Of a DNA stretch of 64,000 nucleotides, positions 1 to 10,123 are shown piece by piece; within the stretch, counting starts at the first letter, position 1; each line of letters starts with the position of its first letter. Origin of the DNA: an uncultured delta proteobacterium (GTDB lineage Bacteria; Desulfobacterota; Binatia; UBA9968); NCBI GenBank assembly GCA_963728565.1, contig CAVSLC010000010.1, positions 96,001-160,000 on the forward strand, in the 5' to 3' direction. The notes under the pieces are model-generated. The model saw only the letters and a program-made list of their open reading frames with translations. It was not told the origin of the DNA and did not search any database. The translations under genes and the position numbers were made by a program.

Positions 1-194
1 GCGAGAGTGGGACCGGCGCGCCGCGCGCAAGCGTTCCGGCGCCGCCAAAATCAGCGCGCGCAGATCGACCGGCCGCAAAGCCGCTAACGCGCCTCGCGCA
101 GCCGGTGACGGTCGATCTGGACGTTGGCATCGGCCGTAGCCGTTATCGTTCCTAGGAACCACGCAGCAGCTGTGCTGCGGCAGAATGACGCGAA

Positions 195-740
195 ATGACA
201 ATTCGTTTTTCTCTGGAGCTAGAGCTGGAGATTCGCCAATGCGCGCGCCGCGATTTGCGGCAACTCGAATGGTTCGGTCTTCATACCGAATATCGCCAAT
301 TGATCGAGGAGGCTTTTCGACGTCAGCAAGCTGGCGAGGTGATGATGCTGGTGGCTGATCTCGACGATTTTCCGGTCGGTCAGGTATGGCTCGACCTGAG
401 CGTTCGAGAAACCGATTCAGTGGGCGTGATCTGGGCACTGCGGGTGTTTCCGCCGTTGCGCAATCACGGCATCGGCTCCCGTCTGATGATTGCCGCGGAA
501 CGATTACTGTTCGAGCGAGGTTATCGTTGGAGCGAGCTGACGGTGGATCAACGAGAGCCGCGCGCGCGCCGCCTTTATGAGCGCCTCGGTTATCGCTCGG
601 CGGGTTCCACCGAAGGGTTGCTCAGTTACACTACACCGGAAAGAAAATTCGTGGCGCTGAATCTCCAACTGTGGATTTTTCGCAAGCGCCTGCGCCCGAG
701 GGCAATGGAATGGGAGGTTTCTCAAACCAGCCGCGAATAG
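195..740 (+). CDS. GNAT family N-acetyltransferase
   Basis: 181 aa ORF with acetyl-CoA binding motif A (LRVFPPLRNHGIGSRLM) and ARRLYERLGY motif B. Confidence 0.85.
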   Translation: MTIRFSLELELEIRQCARRDLRQLEWFGLHTEYRQLIEEAFRRQQAGEVMMLVADLDDFPVGQVWLDLSVRETDSVGVIWALRVFPPLRNHGIGSRLMIAAERLLFERGYRWSELTVDQREPRARRLYERLGYRSAGSTEGLLSYTTPERKFVALNLQLWIFRKRLRPRAMEWEVSQTSRE

Positions 741-802
741 TCTAGCAGGAAAGCAGCGCGGCCTTCAGGGGCTCACTGGAATTAACGAAACCTTGCGCAG
801 CA

Positions 803-1496
803 ATGATGATCTTCTTCGATATCGATCAGACCCTGATTGACCAGCGGAAAGCCGAGGCCGCAGCGGCGCGCGAGTTGCTGGCGGTCTATCACGACTCACT
901 GGGTCGAAATTATTCGGTGGTCAGCTTCTGCCGGATTTGGGATTTCTTGCGCGACAAGCATGCGCGCGCGTTTTTCGCCGGCGTCATTACCAGCCAAGAG
1001 CAGCGCCGGTTGCGAGTGCGCGAGCTGTTCGGTCGCATCGGTTGGGAACTCTCCGATCGCGAAGCCGATGACTGCTTTGCGCTCTACGAGCGGCACTATC
1101 GCCGGCACTGGACTCTGTTTGACGACGTGCTGCCTTGCCTGCACGGCGTTATCGCAGCACCCGATCGGCATCATTTCCAACGGCAGCGCCGAGCACCAAA
1201 GGCGCAAGCTGGCAGAAACCGGCATCGCGGCTTTCTTTGCGGTGACCGTGGTGTCACAGGAAGTGGGCGCCGCTAAGCCACATCCTGATATTTTTCGCGC
1301 TGCCTGCCGAATCGCCGGCTGTGCGGCCGAACAATCGATCTATGTCGGCGATCGCCTCCATGTCGATGCGCTGGCGAGCCAGGCAGCGGGCATGCGGGGC
1401 GTTTGGCTCGATCGACGGCGCACGCAACGCCCGGCGGCAGTGCAGGTGGTCAGTTCATTGACCGAGCTCTGCGCCGAGTTATGTGACGCGCCATGA
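803..1496 (+). CDS. HAD-superfamily hydrolase (one frameshift near 1142)
   Basis: N-terminal motif I FFDIDQTL in ORF 803..1276. Motifs IISNG, KPHPDIF and YVGDRLHVD lie in overlapping frame 837..1496. Removing one C near 1142 restores LPCLTALSQHPIGIISNG. The stop overlaps the next ATG (ATGA). Confidence 0.8.
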
Positions 1497-2095
1497 CACG
1501 GTTGCTCTTTATCCGGCACGCTGCCACCGATTGCGTTGCAAGTCGTCTTGCCGGCCGGGACTCAAACGTGCATCTGAACGCTGCCGGCAAAGTTCAGGGC
1601 CAACGCCTGGCGCATTCCTTGAAGCAACTGCGGATCGGTAAAATCTACAGCAGTCCCCAACCAAGAGCGCGGCAGACCGCAGAGTTCTTGGCGGAGCTCA
1701 CTGGCGAGACTGTTACCATCGCACCGCAGCTCGACGAGATCGATTATGGCGAATGGACCGGGCAGAGCTTCGACGACTTGCGTGGCATCGCCCAATGGCG
1801 AAATTTTAATTCGCTGCGTAGCTGCACGCGCATTCCCGGTGGCGAGCTGATGATCGAGGTTCAAGCCCGGGTGCTTGCCCTGATGGAGATCCTGTGCCGG
1901 CGCCACCCGGCGATGACCATTGCGCTGGTCAGTCATGCCGACGTTATCCGCGGCGCGCTGGCGCATTGTTTGGGCATGCCGCTCGATCTTGTGCTTCGGC
2001 TCGAGGTCAGTCCGGCATCGATCAGCATCGTTGCCATGCAGCAGTACGGGCCGCGGGTTTTATGCATCAACAACACGGAAGAAATTAGTGACTAG
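1493..2095 (+). CDS. Histidine phosphatase (phosphoglycerate mutase) family protein
   Basis: RHAAT (RHG-like) motif, YSSPQPRARQTA, EIDYGEW, VSHADVIR. Confidence 0.88.
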   Translation: MTRLLFIRHAATDCVASRLAGRDSNVHLNAAGKVQGQRLAHSLKQLRIGKIYSSPQPRARQTAEFLAELTGETVTIAPQLDEIDYGEWTGQSFDDLRGIAQWRNFNSLRSCTRIPGGELMIEVQARVLALMEILCRRHPAMTIALVSHADVIRGALAHCLGMPLDLVLRLEVSPASISIVAMQQYGPRVLCINNTEEISD

Positions 2096-3140
2096 TCACT
2101 TCGATAAATCGGCCGAACCTTGCTCGCGCATTGCTGACGCGTCACTACGGCCGCGAGTGGGATTTCTCGGCGTCGGCTGGATCGGCCGTCATCGCCTGCA
2201 ATCGATTTGCGAAAGCGGCGCGGTCGAAATCGCGGCGGTGGCGGATTTTGATACCGCTGCCGCAAACGAGGTTGCGGCGCAAATTCCCGGTGCGGTGGCG
2301 GCGCCGTCACTGGATGCTTTGCTCGAATTGCAGCTCGATGGTGTGGTGATCGCCACGCCGACGGCGTTACATGCCGAGCAAGCTATCGCGGCCCTGCAGA
2401 GCGGCACGGCCGTTTTCTGCCAGAAGCCGCTGGGAAGAAGCGCCGATGAGACGGCGCGGGTGATTCGGGCTGCGCGGCTGGCGGACCGGCTCTTAGCTGT
2501 CGACCTATCCTATCGCTTGGTTCGCGCCGTTCAAAAAATCAAACAGATGATCAGCGCAGGGGAGATCGGCACAATCTATGTTGCTGATCTTGTATTTCAT
2601 AATGCGTATGGGCCGGACAAAGCCTGGTACTATGACCGCAAGTTTTCCGGCGGCGGTTGCATGATCGATCTCGGCATTCACCTGATTGATCTGGCGTTAT
2701 GGATGCTCGATTTCCCTGCAGTTGAGAAAGTTTCGAGCCGCTTGTTCAGCCAGGGCAGACCGGTGCAGCGGGCTGCAGGCGCTCTCGAAGATTATGCTCT
2801 GGCGCGCCTGGATCTGGCGACCGGCGCGACCGTCAACCTGGCCTGCTCCTGGGGACTGCCCGCGGGCCGCGATGCGATGATTGGCGCATCTTTCTTCGGC
2901 ACCGCAGGCGGTTTGTCCGTAAAAAATGTCGGCGGTTCTTTCTACGATTTTCGCGCCGAACGTTTTCAAGGCACCAGTCGGATGCTTCTCGACCAGCCTC
3001 CAGATCCGTGGGGTGGGCGCGCCGCGGTTGCCTGGGCCCAACAGCTGAGCGCCGATCCAACATTTGATGCGCGGATTGAACCCGCGCACCTGGTCGCTGA
3101 AGTAATCGACGAAATCTACCGGCAGAATGTCTCGGATTGA
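2088..3140 (+). CDS. Gfo/Idh/MocA family NAD(P)-dependent oxidoreductase
   Basis: GFLGVGWIG Rossmann motif, ATPTALH, VFCQKP, GGGCMIDLGIHLID. GTG start at 2088 overlaps the upstream gene end; the ORF track start at 1920 is too long. Confidence 0.88.
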   Translation: MTSHFDKSAEPCSRIADASLRPRVGFLGVGWIGRHRLQSICESGAVEIAAVADFDTAAANEVAAQIPGAVAAPSLDALLELQLDGVVIATPTALHAEQAIAALQSGTAVFCQKPLGRSADETARVIRAARLADRLLAVDLSYRLVRAVQKIKQMISAGEIGTIYVADLVFHNAYGPDKAWYYDRKFSGGGCMIDLGIHLIDLALWMLDFPAVEKVSSRLFSQGRPVQRAAGALEDYALARLDLATGATVNLACSWGLPAGRDAMIGASFFGTAGGLSVKNVGGSFYDFRAERFQGTSRMLLDQPPDPWGGRAAVAWAQQLSADPTFDARIEPAHLVAEVIDEIYRQNVSD

Positions 3141-3158
3141 ACGGGAGGAATACTGCGA

Positions 3159-4289
3159 GTGGTGTTACCGACGCGGCCGATACTGATGACCGCCGATCCC
3201 ATCGGCGGAGTCTGGCAATACTCGCTGGAGCTTTGCCGGGAACTGGCCAAGAGAGACGTCAACGTGGTGCTGGCAACCATGGGCAGGCAGCTCGAGCGCG
3301 GCGAGCGAGCTTTGATTTGCGATTTGCAGAACGTCGAGCTGCGCGAGAGCAGCTACAAGCTCGAGTGGATGAATGAGCCATGGAGCGATGTGGAAGCAGC
3401 CGGCCAATGGTTGCTCGAACTCGAAGCGCGCTTTCAACCAAGCCTGATCCATCTAAATCAATATAGCCAGGGCGCCATTGCCTGGAATGTTCCGGTTCTG
3501 GTGGTCGGCCACTCGTGTGTTTACTCGTGGTTCGAAGCCGTCAAAGGCGCGCCGCCCGGCCCGGAATGGCGATCTTACCGGAAAGCCGTGCGATTGGGTC
3601 TGCAAGGCGCGGATTTAGTGACGGCGCCTAGCCGCTCGATGCTGTCGTCCTTGGAAAAACACTATGGACGCTTTGCCGCAGCAGAGCCAATCTACAACGG
3701 CCGCAGCGGCGCGCGCTTCGCTCCGGGGAAAAAGGAGGACTACATCTTTACCGCCGGTCGGCTGTGGGACGAGGCCAAGAACATCGCGAGCCTGAACTCG
3801 ATCGTCGGAAAGGTTCCCTGGCCGATTTATGCCGCTGGGGAGAGCCGCGCGCCCGACGGAAAACAGGCGCTCGTTAAGGGTCCCAAATTACTGGGCCGCC
3901 TCGATCCGGAAATGCTCGGGCAGTGGCTTCGCCGCGCGGCGATTTTTATTTTGCCGGCGCGCTACGAGCCATTTGGCTTATCCGCGCTGGAGGCTGCGCT
4001 CTGCGGCTGCGCTCTGGTTCTGGGAGACACTGAAAGCTTGCGCGAAATCTGGGATGACGCCGCGCTTTTTGTTCGGCCGCAAGATGCCGAGCATATTCGC
4101 GCGACGCTTGTCGAATTGATTGCAAACCCATCCTTACGCGAGGATTTCTCCCGGCGCGGGAGAAAACGGGCGGATTCGTTTACACCGGAGCGGATGGCCC
4201 AGGCGTATTTGGAGATCTACGCCAAACTGCTGCGAGCGCAACGCGGCCTGTTCTCGGAACAAATGACCCACGGCGAGTACCCATCATGA
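3159..4289 (+). CDS. Glycosyltransferase family 4 protein
   Basis: ILMTADPIGGVWQY N-terminus, AGRLWDEAKN, PARYEPFGLSALEAA (GT-B Ex7E motif). Confidence 0.9.
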   Translation: MVLPTRPILMTADPIGGVWQYSLELCRELAKRDVNVVLATMGRQLERGERALICDLQNVELRESSYKLEWMNEPWSDVEAAGQWLLELEARFQPSLIHLNQYSQGAIAWNVPVLVVGHSCVYSWFEAVKGAPPGPEWRSYRKAVRLGLQGADLVTAPSRSMLSSLEKHYGRFAAAEPIYNGRSGARFAPGKKEDYIFTAGRLWDEAKNIASLNSIVGKVPWPIYAAGESRAPDGKQALVKGPKLLGRLDPEMLGQWLRRAAIFILPARYEPFGLSALEAALCGCALVLGDTESLREIWDDAALFVRPQDAEHIRATLVELIANPSLREDFSRRGRKRADSFTPERMAQAYLEIYAKLLRAQRGLFSEQMTHGEYPS

Positions 4290-5425
4290 ATATCGCTTTT
4301 TTTTATCATTCGCTGGTTTCGGATTGGAATCACGGCAACGCGCACTTCTTGCGCGGTGTCGCCTGGGAGGTTCAGCGGCGCGGCCACACGCTGCGGATCT
4401 TTGAACCGGCCGACGGATGGAGTCGTACAAATTTATTGCGAGAGCACGGCCAAGCGCCGATCGAGGCATTCCGAGAGATCTATCCCGGCTTGGGCAGCAC
4501 CTTTTACAATCCGGCAACTCTCGATCTGGATCGCGCGCTCGATCGGATCGATCTCGTCATCGTTCACGAATGGAATGACCCGGCGTTGGTCCGGCGAATC
4601 GGCGCGCACCATAGAATCAAGGGCGAATACCGCTTGCTGTTTCATGACACGCATCATCGGTCCGTTACCGAACCCGAGAAAATGGCGGGCTACGACTTGG
4701 CGGACTATGATGGTGTTCTCGTTTTCGGTAGAGCAATTGCGGAAATTTATCGTTCGCGCAATTGGGCCGAGCGCGTTTGGGTGTGGCATGAAGCCGCCGA
4801 CACGAGAGTTTTCATGCCGCTGCCCGATGAGAAAAAAGAGGGCGATCTGGTCTGGATCGGCAACTGGGGCGATGAAGAACGCACGGCGGAACTCCACGAG
4901 TTTCTTCTCGAGCCGGTAAGAGCGCTGGGTCTCAAAGCGCGCGTTTACGGCGTCCGTTATCCGGCAGAAGCATTGGCGGCGCTTTCAGACGCGGGTATCG
5001 AGTACGGCGGCTGGTTGCCCAACTTCCGAGTGCCCGTCACAATGGCCCGCTTCCGATTCACGGTTCACATCCCGCGCCGGCCCTACGTCAAAGCTTTGCC
5101 CGGTGTTCCGACCATTCGTCCATTTGAAGCGCTGGCCTGCGGCATTCCTCTGGTTTGCGCGCCCTGGGAAGACAGCGAACATCTATTCACCGCTGGCGAA
5201 GATTATCTGGTCGCCCGCGATGGTGCGGAGATGAAGCGGCAGCTGCAGCGTCTGCTCGCCGATCCTCAACTCGCCGGCCGATTGTCGGCGCATGGGCGCA
5301 AGACAATTCTGCAGCGTCATACCTGCGCCCACCGGCTCGACGAACTGATCGAGATCTACCAGCGCATCGATTCGCCGGTCCCATCAGATCACGCCATGGA
5401 GCAACCGCCCGAGAAGCACCTATGA
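4286..5425 (+). CDS. CgeB-family (GT-B, Glyco_trans_1_2) glycosyltransferase
   Basis: HSLVSDWNHGNAHFLRG N-terminus, PTIRPFEALACG, HTCAHR C-terminal motif; ATGA coupling. Confidence 0.85.
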   Translation: MNIAFFYHSLVSDWNHGNAHFLRGVAWEVQRRGHTLRIFEPADGWSRTNLLREHGQAPIEAFREIYPGLGSTFYNPATLDLDRALDRIDLVIVHEWNDPALVRRIGAHHRIKGEYRLLFHDTHHRSVTEPEKMAGYDLADYDGVLVFGRAIAEIYRSRNWAERVWVWHEAADTRVFMPLPDEKKEGDLVWIGNWGDEERTAELHEFLLEPVRALGLKARVYGVRYPAEALAALSDAGIEYGGWLPNFRVPVTMARFRFTVHIPRRPYVKALPGVPTIRPFEALACGIPLVCAPWEDSEHLFTAGEDYLVARDGAEMKRQLQRLLADPQLAGRLSAHGRKTILQRHTCAHRLDELIEIYQRIDSPVPSDHAMEQPPEKHL

Positions 5426-6495
5426 AGATTGCGTTTTTCGGATCGAGTTTGCTGTCGGCGTACTGGAACGGCGCGGCAACGTATTACCGGGGAATTTTGA
5501 GCGCGCTCTTTGAGCGGGGGCATCGGATCGTCTTTTATGAGCCTGATGCTTGGGACCGGCAGCGGCACCGGGATCTTACCGAAACGCCCTATGCGCAGAC
5601 GGTGGTGTATGCGGTTGATGGGGAGTCAGCCGTTATCGAGATGGTTCAGAAAGCCGCGCGCGAATCGGATTTGTTGGTGAAGGCCAGCGGCGTGGGTGTC
5701 TTCGATGCGCTTCTGGAACAGGCTGTTCTGGAGTTGCGCCGCGCTGACAGCATTGTTGCCTTTTGGGATGTCGATGCCGCGGCGACACTGGAACGAATCG
5801 CTCGGGACGAGGCCGATCCGTTTCGCTCGCTGATTCCGCTCTACGATCTGGTTCTTACCTATGGCGGCGGCGATGCGGTGGTGCAGAGCTATCAGCAACT
5901 TGGCGCGCGGCGATGCTTTCCGATATACAACGCCTTGGACCCGAGCACGCATCATCCGGCGCCCGCCGATCCGAGCTATGACGGCGCGCTGAGCTTTCTC
6001 GGCAATCGCCTGCCGGATCGCGAGGCGCGGGTCTTCGAATTTTTTTTCCGACCGGCCCAAGCCAATCGGCGCATGCGCTTTATTCTCGGCGGCAGCGGTT
6101 GGGACGATGCGGTGCCGGCTTATGCCAATGTCGCCTATCTTGGCCACGTCTATACCGCAGCACACAATGCCTTCAATTCAACGCCCATGGCCGTTCTGAA
6201 TGTCTGCCGGGAAAGCATGGCGCGCTGCGGCTACTCTCCGCCGACTCGCCTGTTCGAGGTCGCCGGCGCCGCGGGCTGTCTGATTACCGATGCCTGGGAT
6301 GGTATCGAAGATTTTCTCGAGCCGGGTCGCGAGTGTTTAGTTGCCAAGGATGGCGACGAGGTCGGCGAACAGCTGCGTCATTTAACGAGAGCTCAAGCTA
6401 AAGAGATCGGGCAAGCTGCTTTGCGCCGAGTCCTCGGCGAGCATACTTACGCGCACCGGGCCGCTGAGCTGGAATCGTTGCTGCAGAGTCTATGA
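5422..6495 (+). CDS. CgeB-family glycosyltransferase
   Basis: MKIAFFGSSLLSAYWNGAATYYRG, SPPTRLFEVAGAA, HTYAHR; ATG at 5422 overlaps the previous stop. Confidence 0.85.
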   Translation: MKIAFFGSSLLSAYWNGAATYYRGILSALFERGHRIVFYEPDAWDRQRHRDLTETPYAQTVVYAVDGESAVIEMVQKAARESDLLVKASGVGVFDALLEQAVLELRRADSIVAFWDVDAAATLERIARDEADPFRSLIPLYDLVLTYGGGDAVVQSYQQLGARRCFPIYNALDPSTHHPAPADPSYDGALSFLGNRLPDREARVFEFFFRPAQANRRMRFILGGSGWDDAVPAYANVAYLGHVYTAAHNAFNSTPMAVLNVCRESMARCGYSPPTRLFEVAGAAGCLITDAWDGIEDFLEPGRECLVAKDGDEVGEQLRHLTRAQAKEIGQAALRRVLGEHTYAHRAAELESLLQSL

Positions 6496-7571
6496 ATACT
6501 CAATCGCTCAACATCGTGATCCTCGGTCTTTCGATTACTTCGTCCTGGGGCAATGGACATGCGACCACTTACCGGGCTCTGGTGCGCGGACTCGAACAGC
6601 GCGGCCATCGGGTTTTATTTCTCGAACGCGATATGCCCTGGTATGCCGCCGCTCGCGATCAAACCCATGCCCGTCGGGGCCGAACGTTTCTCTACCGCAG
6701 CTTGGACCAACTCAGGAAACGTTTTTACGATACGGTGCGCGATGCCGATCTGGTGGTGGTGGGCTCGTATGTGCCCGACGGCATTGAACTCGGGCAATGG
6801 GTCGTGGAAACCGCCCGCGGCGTCACGGCCTTTTATGATATCGATACGCCGGTGACTCTGGCTTCTGTGGAGCGCGGCGATTCATTTTACCTCTCCGCCG
6901 ACCTAATCCGAAAATATCAACTGTATCTCTCGTTTACCGGAGGGCCGATTCTAGAGCGACTGGAACGGCAGTATGGAGCGACAATGGCCCGGGCGCTGTA
7001 TTGCGCTGTCGATGCCGATTTATACAGACCACTGGCGCTGCCCACGCGGTGGGACTTGGGCTACATGGGCACTTACAGCGCCGATCGCCAGCAGGTTCTG
7101 CAACAACTGCTGCTCGATCCGGCCAGCCGTCGCCCTGATGCGCGCATGGTGGTTGCCGGCCCGCAGTATCCCAGCTCCATCGAGTGGCCTGCAAATGTCG
7201 AGCGCATCGAGCATCTGGCGCCATGCGCGCATCCGGCTTTTTACAACCAACAAACTTTTACCCTCAATCTAACTCGGGCCACTATGGTTGACGCCGGTTA
7301 TTCACCAAGTATCCGGCTGTTTGAAGCGGCTGCCTGTGGATGCCCGATCATCAGCGATTGGTGGGAGGGGCTGGATGCTTTTTTCAAGGTGGGGGACGAG
7401 ATTCTGGTAGCCGACTCGGCGGAAAAGACACTCGAATACCTTTTCGAACTAAGCGCCCAAGAACGTAAACACATCGGGCAACGAGCCCGTGAGCGCGTTC
7501 TCTCTGAACACACGGCATTGCGCCGCGCCGCGGAGCTTGAAGGCTACGCTCGTCAGGCGCTTGATTTGTAA
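6492..7571 (+). CDS. CgeB-family glycosyltransferase
   Basis: GLSITSSWGNGHATTYR, SPSIRLFEAAACG, EHTALRR; ATGA coupling. Confidence 0.85.
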   Translation: MNTQSLNIVILGLSITSSWGNGHATTYRALVRGLEQRGHRVLFLERDMPWYAAARDQTHARRGRTFLYRSLDQLRKRFYDTVRDADLVVVGSYVPDGIELGQWVVETARGVTAFYDIDTPVTLASVERGDSFYLSADLIRKYQLYLSFTGGPILERLERQYGATMARALYCAVDADLYRPLALPTRWDLGYMGTYSADRQQVLQQLLLDPASRRPDARMVVAGPQYPSSIEWPANVERIEHLAPCAHPAFYNQQTFTLNLTRATMVDAGYSPSIRLFEAAACGCPIISDWWEGLDAFFKVGDEILVADSAEKTLEYLFELSAQERKHIGQRARERVLSEHTALRRAAELEGYARQALDL

Positions 7572-7609
7572 GCTCCTTGAATATCTCAGCGCTTCAGAGG
7601 TGCAAATGC

Positions 7610-7641
7610 CAAGCAGGGAAGCCTTGGCGCCTCCCTGCTTG
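7610..7641. terminator. Hairpin between convergent genes, possible terminator
   Basis: CAAGCAGGGA...TCCCTGCTTG perfect 10-bp stem, 39 bp after the GT operon stop; no clear U-tract. Confidence 0.45.
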
Positions 7642-7733
7642 TGTAGACTGATTGGTGCCGGTTAAGACCTGAGCCAAGTAGAGATAAACGCAACGCCACC
7701 GCGCTTATCACCTTATGACTTCGTACTCGACGA

Positions 7734-8615
7734 TCAGCTGCCGGAGGAACCACTGGATGAGCCACTTCCGGAGGAACCGCTCGATCCGTTGTTGGAACCG
7801 CTCTTGGACGAGCCGCCACTCGACGATCCGCCGCCGGAACCGCTTTTAGACGAGCCGCTGCCGGAAGCGTCGCTTCCCGATGAGCCGCCGGTGCCCAACG
7901 AGCTGCCTGACGAACCGCTGCTCGACGGGCTGGTAGAGGAGCCGCCGGAGGATGATTTGTCGCTGGACGAGCTACGCCCCGACGAGGAAGCTCCGCTTCC
8001 CGACGAGCTTTTGTCGCTGCTTGACGAAGCTCCGCTGGGCGATGAACTTTTTCCGCTCCCCGAAGCATCCACTCCAAGCGCGCTGGCGGTCTTATCGTCC
8101 AGGCGTCCAGTTGCCTGCATACCGCTCTCTTTTTGAAAGGCACGCAGAGCTTGCTGCGTTTTCGGTCCCATCACGCCGTCTGCCGGACCTGGATCGTGTC
8201 CTTTATTTTTTAGCGCTTCTTGAACCTGCTTGATGTTTTCGCTCGATTTTCCGCCCATTGCGCGCGCGCTGGATTGGCCGCTCATGCTGCCGCTGCCTCC
8301 TGCCCGATCCATTTGACTCCCGCTACCGGATCTGCTTGATCCTGTAGCAGAACTGCCAGCCGACCCACCAGAAGCGCTACCTGATCCTGTAGCAGAACCG
8401 CTCGATCCACCAGCCGAGCCGCTTTTATCCTGACTGCTTGAAGGCGACGAGGATGCGCCGCTTCCTTTTTGGCTCGTGGGCTTATCTGAACTTTCCTGTC
8501 CGGCAGCCCCTGGGGTCCCGCTCGAACTTTTTGTTTGTGACCATACCAGATTGCCGTTCAGTGCAATCGTGCCGCTAAAAACAATACCCGATAAAATCAA
8601 CAGTTTTCGATGCAT
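7734..8615 (-). CDS. Secreted peptidoglycan-binding domain protein with long Ser/Gly-rich low-complexity arms
   Basis: AAGGAG RBS then MHRKLLILSGIVFSG signal peptide; central PG_binding_1 signature IKQVQEALKNKGHDPGPADGVMGPKTQQALRAFQKESGMQATGRLD. Confidence 0.85.
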   Translation of the reverse strand: MHRKLLILSGIVFSGTIALNGNLVWSQTKSSSGTPGAAGQESSDKPTSQKGSGASSSPSSSQDKSGSAGGSSGSATGSGSASGGSAGSSATGSSRSGSGSQMDRAGGSGSMSGQSSARAMGGKSSENIKQVQEALKNKGHDPGPADGVMGPKTQQALRAFQKESGMQATGRLDDKTASALGVDASGSGKSSSPSGASSSSDKSSSGSGASSSGRSSSSDKSSSGGSSTSPSSSGSSGSSLGTGGSSGSDASGSGSSKSGSGGGSSSGGSSKSGSNNGSSGSSGSGSSSGSSGS

Positions 8616-8667
8616 CAGTTTTTTCTCCTTTTCTATGACCTTGTGGCGTTGCGTCCGTAAAGGATTG

Positions 8668-8683
8668 TGCAACCGATATGCCA
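8668..8683 (-). promoter_or_regulatory. sigma54 (-24/-12) promoter
   Basis: Minus strand TGGCATATCGGTTGCA = GG-N10-GC with TTGC, about 50 bp upstream of the ATG at 8615. Confidence 0.8.
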
Positions 8684-8753
8684 CGCATGTAGAGATTAAT
8701 CTGTTGCATTCTCGATGCTGCTCCCTGAGGATTCGATTGTTACCGCGATTTAT

Positions 8754-8801
8754 GTCCCAAACGCGGGTAAATCAGCAGCAAGTGCCTTGCGCAAATGGGA
8801 C
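8754..8801. promoter_or_regulatory. Putative paired enhancer (UAS) sites
   Basis: GTCCCA at 8754 and TGGGAC ending at 8801; same arrangement as 13490..13537. Confidence 0.55.
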
Positions 8802-9105
8802 GAGGTTCTCAAGTGGTTTGAACAAGGGAGTCAACAGGAATGTGGCTGATCCGGGTGTGCCGCGCTGCGCGCTTAGCATACCCGGGGTACGGTAGCGACA
8901 TCGGTCGGCAGTTTTTCAGGATCGGCAATTGGCGGAGACAAGGCTGCGCCAAACCTTGATGAGCTTGACGCTTTAGCTCGCGCGGGGGCGCGTGCCGAGT
9001 GGAACCGCGCAGATTAAACCCAACCTAGGAGTTGTGAAGTTCCTCGGTCGCAAGACCTTCTAGATCAAGGACGAGGATTGCAGACCGGTATTATGCTGGC
9101 ACGAA

Positions 9106-10059
9106 CTAGAGCCGCGGCAGAATCTTGCGCTCGTAGAATTGAAAAAAGCCTTCCTGATCAGCACCGACTTGATGGACAAAAACATGATCGTAACCCGCCC
9201 GCTCATACTCCTGAATCGCTTCCCAGTGACGTTCGGGATCGGGTCCGCAGATGACGGTTTTTGCCACTTCGGTCTTATCGATCATCGTGGCTGCTTGTTC
9301 GAAATAATTCGGCAGCGCCAACTCAGACATTAACGGCCCGCTCAGTCCTGAAATCGGCCACTGCTTGTAGGCGGTCGCCTCAGCTTGACTTTGGTTTTCG
9401 GCCCAGCAGACGGTGAGCTCGCCGTATCGTGGGTTTCCGCTGCCGCCCGAGCGATTGAAAGCATCGATGACCGCCGCGTCGGCGGTAGTGCCGACAAAAC
9501 CATCGCCGATTTCTGCCGCCAGCTTGGCCGCGTTTGAGCCACTGCCGGCCAATGCGATTGGCGGCAGCTCGTCCGGTAAGGTATAGAGGCGCGCGTTCTC
9601 TACTTGGTAATACGCGCCGGAGAAATTTTCCTGCTTGCCGCTCCAAAGCAAGCGGATGATTTCCACGGCTTCCTTAAGCATGGCATGGCGAATGCGCACC
9701 GGCGGCCACCGATCCCCGAAAATATGTTCATTGAGATTCTCGCCGGCTCCCAGACCAAGGATGAAGCGCCCCGGCATCATGGAAGCGGCGGTAGCCGCCG
9801 CTTGCGCAATGATGCCGGGATGTATTCTGATGGTCGGACAAGTCACCGCGGTGCCAAGCAGCAGTTTGCTGGTCGTTTGAGCGATGGCACCAATCACCGG
9901 CCATACGAAAGGGCTCTGACCTTGCGCATCGATCCATGGGTGAAAGTGATCGGAGATCATTGCGAAGCTGAATCCGCATTGTTCTGCTCGCCGTGCTTGA
10001 GCGACTAGATCCTGTGGCCGATGCTCCTCGCTCGACAGCTTGTATCCGATTTTGAGCAT
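9106..10059 (-). CDS. F420-dependent LLM-class oxidoreductase (G6PDH-like, TIGR03557 type)
   Basis: IGYKLSSEEH, ISDHFHPW, GTAVTCPTIR, GLGAGENLNEH motifs. Confidence 0.88.
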   Translation of the reverse strand: MLKIGYKLSSEEHRPQDLVAQARRAEQCGFSFAMISDHFHPWIDAQGQSPFVWPVIGAIAQTTSKLLLGTAVTCPTIRIHPGIIAQAAATAASMMPGRFILGLGAGENLNEHIFGDRWPPVRIRHAMLKEAVEIIRLLWSGKQENFSGAYYQVENARLYTLPDELPPIALAGSGSNAAKLAAEIGDGFVGTTADAAVIDAFNRSGGSGNPRYGELTVCWAENQSQAEATAYKQWPISGLSGPLMSELALPNYFEQAATMIDKTEVAKTVICGPDPERHWEAIQEYERAGYDHVFVHQVGADQEGFFQFYERKILPRL

Positions 10060-10123
10060 GCAATATTATCCGTTGGCCTGCCGGAGAAACGACTTGATGG
10101 AGGCCTGATTGAAAGCTATGCGC

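Noticed and set aside
1-194. Possible 3' end of an upstream CDS and a CAGATCGACC/GGTCGATCTG inverted repeat
   Set aside because: All three forward frames stop before 155 with no recognisable motif; cannot be assigned
7789-8136. Plus-strand ORF with DEPP/LDEL repeats
   Set aside because: Antisense shadow of the Ser/Gly codons of the PG-binding gene
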